Assembly: GCA_951406725.2 (NCBI GenBank)
Contig: OX597820.1
Location: forward strand, 97,464,001-97,528,000
DNA: 64,000 nt
Direction: 5' to 3'
Source of the DNA: Octopus vulgaris
Taxonomy: Eukaryota
The position numbers and the translations under genes are program-made. Under the pieces are notes generated by a model. It saw nothing but the letters and a program-made list of their open reading frames with translations. It was not told where the DNA came from and did no database searches. Below, piece by piece: positions 57,181 to 64,000 of the stretch (positions within the stretch are counted from its first letter, which is position 1; the number at the start of each line of letters is the position of its first letter).

Positions 57181-57723
57181 GTCACATGTATGTATGTATG
57201 TAATCGAGGAGGTACTGAAAAGTTCTTGGCTTTGGGTAACAGAAAATACAGGAGGATCAGTTAATTATATATGTAATGTATGTGTGAATGTCTGTGTATT
57301 TATATACTTATTAAAGTATGTGCGCATGCTGGTACATATACACGTTATAAAGCTAATATTGATAATCGGACGCTAAAGTGAACTCCTATAGTCATATTCC
57401 TACTTAAGTAGTGTTGAAAAATATTTTCTATGACATAATTAATACTTACGTTACTTACGTGGGATTTAGCTTAATCTGTCATCAAATTTGAACTAAAATT
57501 GAATTCCAATTAAATTTTGTCACGTCTCAAAATAAATAGTAAAGATTTCTAACTTATGAACAAAGATAAAAATTTTATGAGATTTACACTGAATCATGCA
57601 TTAGAATGATAATTATTTTGTTTACTCTAGAAAGATAAAACTGGAAGTCGAGAGCGGGGCGATTTGAACTCGGAACACCACTAAGTAACTTACTCTGCTG
57701 CCGACAGTCTTTTTCTGTCGATT

Positions 57724-58110
57724 CTGGCAGAATCATTAGCACGCCGGGCGAAATGCTTAGCGGTATTTCGTCTGTCGTTACGTTGTGAGTTCAAATTCCG
57801 CCGAGGTCGACTTTGCCTTTCATCCTTTCGGGGTCGATAAATTAAGTACCAGTTACACACTGGGGTCGATGTAATCGACTTAATACCTATGTCTGTCCTT
57901 GTTTGTCCCCCTCTGTGTTTGGCCCCTTGTGGGTAGTAAAGAAATAGGTATTTCGTCTGCCGTTACGTTCTGAGTTCAAAATCCGCCAAGGTCGACTTTG
58001 CCTTTCATCCTTTCGGAGGTCGATAAATTAAGTACCAGTTACGCACTGGGATCGATGTAATCGACTTAATCCCTTTATCTATCATTGTTTAGCCCTCTTT
58101 GGGCAATAAT
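57724..58110 (+). mobile_element. SINE family 2, ~1.5 tandem copies
   Basis: Match to the family consensus; the second copy restarts at ggtatttcgtctg (~57947). Confidence 0.85.
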
Positions 58111-59174
58111 GGAAGGTGTAGAAAGTCGGTGTTGTACATGTACAATGATTCTTTAAATTTTAAACCGCCAGTCAAAGACACACACACACAGACTAATATA
58201 CGAACGTAGATACTGTTGTAAAGCGGATGGGTAATTTTGCTTATAAACACACGCGCTGGTTGTAGATAATGAGAAAGAAAAAACTGAAATCACCGAAAAA
58301 AAAAGACAAAACAAGCAAAAAATGCAGTTGTGTGATGAAAAATTTATGACAAACATCAGTAATTAATTGATTGATTTGTTAGTAATAGAATGGAACAAGA
58401 CTGGATCGATGCATTTTATTGGTCAAACCAATTCACCCAAGGTAAAATCATACTGAATTCCAATCTCTCAAAGAACGCTTACATGAGAACCAGCTCTTCA
58501 GTGACGCCTCACAACCAACTGGGTTTAGAGATGAAATGTATAATTTTCTTATGTTGAGATCTTTAACTGAGAATTCATGAAGATGCTTGCGATACATAAG
58601 CCTTCACTCTTTACTGAAACCCCTTCCTTTTCATGACCTTTCAATAAAAACACAAAATAGTCATACATCAACTTATATTTGTAATTGGCGCCAAGACATG
58701 CGACTTGACTTGTAAAACGACGTAATACGAAAAACCATTTGAGAAAAATTTATTAGCTTATATAATCTGTTTCAAAAAATGGTTTGGACATATTTTCACA
58801 TGCATTTTGTATGATTTTCCACTTCAGCACTGGTTTTTTGGGTAGCTTTCTTTTTTTTATTAAAATTCTTACATGCTTTTAAAATATGTTCGCTGAGATA
58901 GACCAACTGAAGTTCAAGTATATTTTTACCATTAAAATTCCCTTTTAGCATTCATACTTCTCTTGTATAAAGTAATAATTATTTGTTCACATTGTTTGGA
59001 ATTTTAATTATGTATTATATTGTAGCTTCGAGGTTTTAATGATGTGGTTGTTTAGCTTTAGAGTGACATTGTAGGGTAGATGTGAGAGGCCGGATCCGGC
59101 CAGTTTGAACATAAAATAGGTAGAATTTTTGGGCTGGATATGTTCGGTTTGAATATAAAAGAGTTAAAAACGAT

Positions 59175-59420
59175 GTAAGGTCGAAAAAGACGTAACTCGA
59201 AATGACGTAAGAGGAGATGTGCCTGTATAGTAAAAGTAACACACCTTTTTTCTTAGGATTCCTAGACTATGATAAAAATGATACAAATTTAGTTCTTGTT
59301 GATAAACCCATGGCGTAAGGTCGGAAAGGACGTAACTCAAAGCGACTTAAGTTGAGGTATGCCTAAATAGTGAAAGTAACACTTTTTTTTTCCGGGATTC
59401 CTAGACTATAATGAGAATGA
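59175..59420. repeat. Diverged 140-bp tandem duplication
   Basis: gtaaggtcg...gacgtaactc...gattcctagactat at 59175 and 59315. Confidence 0.75.
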
Positions 59421-60011
59421 TAATCTACGTAAATCTGCTAGATAAGAACTTGTCCCTGCTGATAACCCAGTTATATCTCTGCTTGGTGCAGGCTTATCAT
59501 GTTAACTTTAACGGAAAATTATGCTATCTGATTAGCTATCCATCTACTGGACTTTAAAAAAAAAATTGACTATCAATCAGTTTGTTTTATCTCAACTTTA
59601 TTTACGTTTATATTCGTTCCTGCTACAAGCTCAAGCCGTGAAATTTTGGGTTTAGGGTTAGTCGGTTATATCGATCCCAGTGTTCAACTGGTACTTATTT
59701 TATCGACCCCGAAGAGTTGACAGGCAAAGTAGACCTCGACGGAATTTGAATTCAGAACATAGAGACAGACGAAAAGACCGCAAAGCGTTTTGTCCGACGC
59801 ACTAACGATTCTACCTGCTCACTGTCTTGTTTGCGTTTATAATATTAGAGATAAGATGAGGCGATGTGTTGGCAGAATCGTTAGGACGGTGAGTATTAAG
59901 TTGTAATAAGTTAAGTAAATTTTAATTAATTAAAATTAGAATGTAGTGGGTGCGGGCAGCGAGTCTAGTCTTTAGTGATATTACGAAAAACCCGATAATG
60001 ACTTACACACA

Positions 60012-60069
<58 letters not shown>

Positions 60070-60071
<2 letters not shown>

Positions 60072-60335
60072 CCCTTATTTCGCTCTCGCGTCTCATGTTT
60101 GATCTTTGACCTCTGGCCGAAATCAGATCGCCATGTTGATTCGTTAGCTACTGCACGCATTTTTTCTCTCCTTCTTTCTGTGTATTTCTCTCTCTGTGTA
60201 TCTTTCTGTTGAAGAGCGTAGGCTCGAAACGTTAAAGACTTGTTTTATTTATATTTCCTGAGCGCCATACTAATACAATTGTTCGTTTGTTTTCCACCTG
60301 CCTTCGTCTTTTGTTTATTTTCATAAAGCTTCCCG

Positions 60336-60381
<46 letters not shown>

Positions 60382-60613
60382 TGTGTGTGTGTGTTCGAAG
60401 TCAGGACGCCATGATAGATCGTTAGCTCCTACACGCATTTTTTCTCTCCTTGTTTCTCTCCTTGTTTTTTTTCTGTGTATCTTTCTGTCGATGAGCGTAG
60501 GCTCGAAACGTAAAAGACTTGTTCTATTTCTATTCCTGAGCGCTATACTAATACATTTGTTTGTTTGTATTCCACCTGCCTTCGTCTTTTATTTATTTTC
60601 GTAAACCTTCCCG

Positions 60614-60617
<4 letters not shown>
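60070..60617 (+). mobile_element. Two tandem family-B hammerhead-like repeats separated by (TA)n; motifs at 60201-60238 and 60480-60517
   Basis: tcttt-CTGT(T/C)GA-(a/t)-gagc(gtag)gctc-GAA-acgt-(T/A)-aaaga. The downstream ttcctgagcg..atactaatac is shared with family A. Confidence 0.65.
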
Positions 60618-60696
<79 letters not shown>

Positions 60697-60796
60697 GTAT
60701 ATGTATATATAATATATGTATATATATATAATTTCCTTCACCTCACTTTCTATTTTGTATCATATCTAAATTAACTATTAATTATTCTCTCACACC

Positions 60797-60848
60797 GTCT
60801 CCGATGAAGGGATATGATAAATAAATATCCTGGAAACAGCTGTAAGAC
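60797..60848 (+). ncRNA. Type-I hammerhead ribozyme motif (U4C core)
   Basis: gtct-CCGATGA-a-gggatat(gataaataa)atatcct-g-GAA-acagctgt-A-agac. Confidence 0.7.
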
Positions 60849-61120
60849 CTTCTATTTATAAATGTTCTAAAATCTACTCAGCCTTGGTTTTTATCTCATT
60901 ACGGAAAAAAATTATATATATATATATGTGTGTGAGTGGGTGTGTGGGTGTGTGTGTATTCTTTTATTTTTATTTGTTTCAGTCATTTGACTGCGGCCAT
61001 GCTGGAGTACCTATGTATATATGATATATATATAAACATTAAAAAATGCCACCCACACGTGCGTGGGGGTATGGGTATGTTTGTAAGCGTGTGCGTGTGT
61101 GTATGTGTAATGCCTTCAAT

Positions 61121-61310
61121 CTGTCCTTCAATCCTGCGACGAACTGGCTTCCTGCTCAAGGAGAGTGTTGTGATCTCGGTTACTCATACGCCATGGAAAC
61201 CGGGATATAGGATTTACATGTAGGCGCCTTTGTGTGTATACATATATACATACATATGTATAGTCATAAGAATGGAGTCAAACCAAATAGTAATATTTTG
61301 AAATCATTTA

Positions 61311-61344
<34 letters not shown>

Positions 61345-62472
61345 CTCATGGCATGAACGACATACTCTACTGATTTAATTTTATTATGTATAATTAATTA
61401 TAATTATAGATCGTTAAAAGAAGTGCCCCAGCGTGGCCGCAGCCGAATGTCTGAAGCCATTTATAGAGAATATGTGAAGTAGGAACACTAGAAAGCTTTC
61501 GGGAACTATTTTTCTTCTATTTTTTAAATTGTGATTGGACTACGGCCATACTGGGGCACCGCCTTGTCGAATAAATTGACACCAGTACTTATTTGTTTTT
61601 TAAGGCCTATTTATTCTATCATGCTGTTTGCTAAACCATGAAGTTACGGGAACGTAAACCAGCCAGTACCGGTTTTCAAGCACAAAAACGAAGTCATGCA
61701 TGCATACGTACGGAATCTTCCGTCGAAGATGACATGTAAGTGTTCAGTTTTTGCTGAACTATTTGCACAGATGATATGTTTATAGTGGTCAAATGTATGT
61801 GCTGTACATTAGTCCACTCCCTCCATCAACTCGACATTGTCTGAACATGTGCACAAGAACGAAATGGGGTCGCAGGGTAACGTGAAATGAAGAGTTTTGC
61901 TCAAAAATACAACGCGCGCTCTGTCCAGGAATCGAACCCACGGTCAAGCGATTGTGAGTGTAATACCCTAACCACGATACTTTCTCTATCCGTCTATTAT
62001 CCTGAACCGCTAACTCGAGCGGTGCTTCAGATTTGCTCAAAAATACAACGCGCGCTCTGTCCAGGAATCGAACCCACGGTCAAGCGATTGTGAATGCAAT
62101 ACCCTAACCACGATACTTTCTCTATCCGTCTATTATCCTGAACCGCTAATTCGAGCGGTGCTTCAGATAAATTACTAACACAAAAGACGCATGCGCGCGC
62201 ACACACACAGGTGATATTACATCAAAATATTAATTATAATTATATACATTCTCAATAAGGCGACGAACTGGCGGACTCTGTCCTTCAATCCTGCGACGAA
62301 TCGGCTTCCTGCTCAAGGAGAGTGTTGTAATCTCGGTTACTCATACGCCATGGAAACCGGGCAATAGGATTTACATGTGGGCGTGTTTGTGTGTATACAT
62401 ATATATACATACATATGTATAGTCATAAGAATGGAGTCAAACCAAATAGTAATATTTTGAAATCATTTAATA
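61121..62472. repeat. ~190-bp dispersed direct duplication (61121-61313 and 62278-62472)
   Basis: Near-identical blocks offset by ~1157 bp. Confidence 0.85.
61896..62167 (-). repeat. 136-bp tandem duplication covering the tRNA-like head of a third SINE family
   Basis: Units 61896-62031 and 62032-62167. The minus strand carries tggttagg...gggttcgattcc A/B boxes. Confidence 0.8.
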
Positions 62473-62534
62473 TATAGCACGTTTCAGGTTTGTGTGATAT
62501 ATAATGTACAAGATACATAATATCTTAACGTTCC

Positions 62535-62590
<56 letters not shown>

Positions 62591-62594
<4 letters not shown>

Positions 62595-62748
62595 ATCCAA
62601 ACAAGAAAGCACAAAAAAAAACACAACAACGCGAGGACGTGGAACAAATATAGTATTTTTGGGCGCTCAGGAAAGAAGGAAAGAAGGAGTGTTTAACGTT
62701 TCGAGCGGAGGTCTTTGTCGGAAACATAGGAGAAGGGAAGACAGAGGA
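62591..62748 (-). mobile_element. Family-A repeat with decayed HHR (62691-62725)
   Basis: Minus strand gttt-CCGACAA-a-gacctccgctc-GAA-acgt-T-aaac. Confidence 0.7.
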
Positions 62749-63021
62749 AAAAAAAAAAAAAATATATATATGTATTACTCTTTTATTCTTTTACTTGCTT
62801 CAGTCATTTGACAGCGGGCATGCTGGAGCACCGCCTCAAAGGGTTCTAGTCGAAGAGATCGATCCCAGGACTTCTACTTTGTAAGCCTAGTACTTATTTC
62901 ACCGGATATTTTTGCCGAACCGCTAGGTTACGAGGACATAAAACATACAAGCATCGGTTGTCAAGCGATGGTGGGTGGAATATATCTATATATATATATT
63001 TATATAAACATATACATATAT

Positions 63022-63216
63022 ATACTTTATGATTAGGTTCAGCAAAGATTTGCTTCACCACATACCGAAGTTTAGAAATAGCAGTCAAAAAATCTTAGCT
63101 ATTCCTTCTACTTTAAAAGGGACTCCCAGAAGGAATAGCTGAGATTTTTTGACTGCTATTTCTAAACTTCGGTATGTGGTGAAGCAAATCTTTGCTGAAC
63201 CCTAATTATAAAGTAT
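63022..63216. repeat. ~88-bp-arm near-perfect inverted repeat
   Basis: Arms 63022-63109 and 63128-63216 with an 18-nt spacer. Confidence 0.9.
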
Positions 63217-63312
63217 TACTTAAGCTTACCATGAAATGGTCTTTTTCATGCCGAATTCTACTTGGTGAAATTACTGATTACTTCTTAATTAATCAATTTT
63301 ACCCTTAATTAT

Positions 63313-63478
<166 letters not shown>

Positions 63479-63889
63479 CTTTCACTGGTTTTAGTCATTG
63501 GACTGCGGCTATGCAGGGACACCGCCTTGTATATATTATGTATATATATATATGTATGTGTGTCTGTTTATGGCTGTAGCTTGATGAAATCTCTCACAAA
63601 TGGAATTGTTTACATGCAAAATGGTGTAAGTCAGCCCATTACTGCCGACTTGGACTTTGCTTTTTAAGGAGGGCGAATGTCAAAGCATATCTACTGCAGC
63701 TGATACCTTACCGGAAGAAGTTAGAACCAACTTCCGGACCTCTCACAACTCTCAAACTTCAAGCTGTCACTGCCTAACACGGATACCACGGCTAACAGAG
63801 ATTACGGGAATATATGTGTGCGCGTGTGCGTGCGTGTCTATACGTATATATATGTAATTACATATATATGTGTGGGTGTATGTGTGTGC

Positions 63890-63941
<52 letters not shown>

Positions 63942-64000
63942 TAAATATATATAATATACAGGCATACACGGTCGCGGGTTCAATGCCAGTGCGTGTCGCA

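Overview
This is eukaryotic, AT-rich DNA saturated with microsatellites. The SINE content and style point to a coleoid cephalopod, most likely Octopus (inferred, not searched). The only real host coding sequence is the first coding exon of a SoxF-class HMG-box gene (453-2328, + strand), which ends at a phase-1 GT-AAGT donor inside the HMG box. I found no downstream HMG exon, so the remaining ~61.7 kb is most simply one giant intron. That intron holds tRNA-derived SINEs of two main families, LINE 3' fragments (RTE-like and CR1/L2-like), a non-autonomous Helitron, MITE remnants, long fold-back repeats and microsatellites. Nearly all ORFs in the supplied track are microsatellite or SINE artefacts. 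The most notable hidden signal is about 16 minimal type-I hammerhead-ribozyme-like motifs from about 9 sequence families, 10 of them in the sense of the SoxF pre-mRNA. Most have a palindromic or near-palindromic stem III (the dimer-dependent Penelope/retrozyme type), and many sit beside (TA)n tracts. They include a G3:C8 compensatory-swap core inside a 13-bp-TSD insertion, recurrent U4C cores and an A6U tandem pair. There is also a tRNA-Glu/LINE-tail chimera that looks like a nascent SINE.
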